Part shown: in pieces, positions 63,936-64,000 of the stretch | How positions within the stretch are numbered: position 1 is the first letter of the stretch | Layout of the letters: every line of letters begins with the position of its first letter | NCBI GenBank assembly: GCA_036172245.1 | Contig: JAYWIR010000034.1 | Span: 1,426,001 to 1,490,000 of the forward strand | Direction of reading: 5' to 3' | From: Raillietiella orientalis | Lineage: Eukaryota | Length of the DNA: 64,000 nucleotides | Position numbers and translations under genes: made by a program | Notes under the pieces: generated by a model | What the model saw: the letters and a program-made list of their open reading frames with translations, nothing else | Database searches by the model: none | Told to the model about the DNA's origin: nothing

Positions 63936-64000
63936 TGAGGAAGAACCGCATAAATAATCCCCGCGTGCGTTGCGAGTCGCCGCTGACGCACGTCTTGTCT

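Overview
Eukaryotic (metazoan, most likely arthropod/protostome) genomic DNA, GC-rich with many homopolymer and polypurine/polypyrimidine tracts. I can support only one protein-coding gene: a complete two-exon Zic / odd-paired (opa) C2H2 zinc-finger transcription factor on the + strand (52078-53059 joined to 58742-59172, 470 aa, with ZOC, ZF-NC, five fingers, a C-terminal NLSEWYV motif and the conserved intron between ZF3 and ZF4). There is also one intact tRNA-Ser(AGA) gene on the - strand (34625-34706). The ~52 kb upstream of Zic has no recognisable coding gene or transposon ORF and looks like the regulatory domain of a developmental gene. The other listed ORFs look like GC-rich noise. I found no clearly new multi-gene system. 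The best leads are non-coding: (i) three perfect TCF/LEF sites (AGATCAAAGGG) in 75 bp, with Pbx, Meis, Otx and Zic-type motifs, ~4.7 kb downstream of Zic; (ii) a recursive-splice-site-like motif at 41937/41938 plus a TATA+Inr candidate at ~27794, hinting at a long + strand transcript; (iii) several perfect 15-17 bp inverted repeats and a nested fold-back mosaic. All motif calls were made by eye and are untested.
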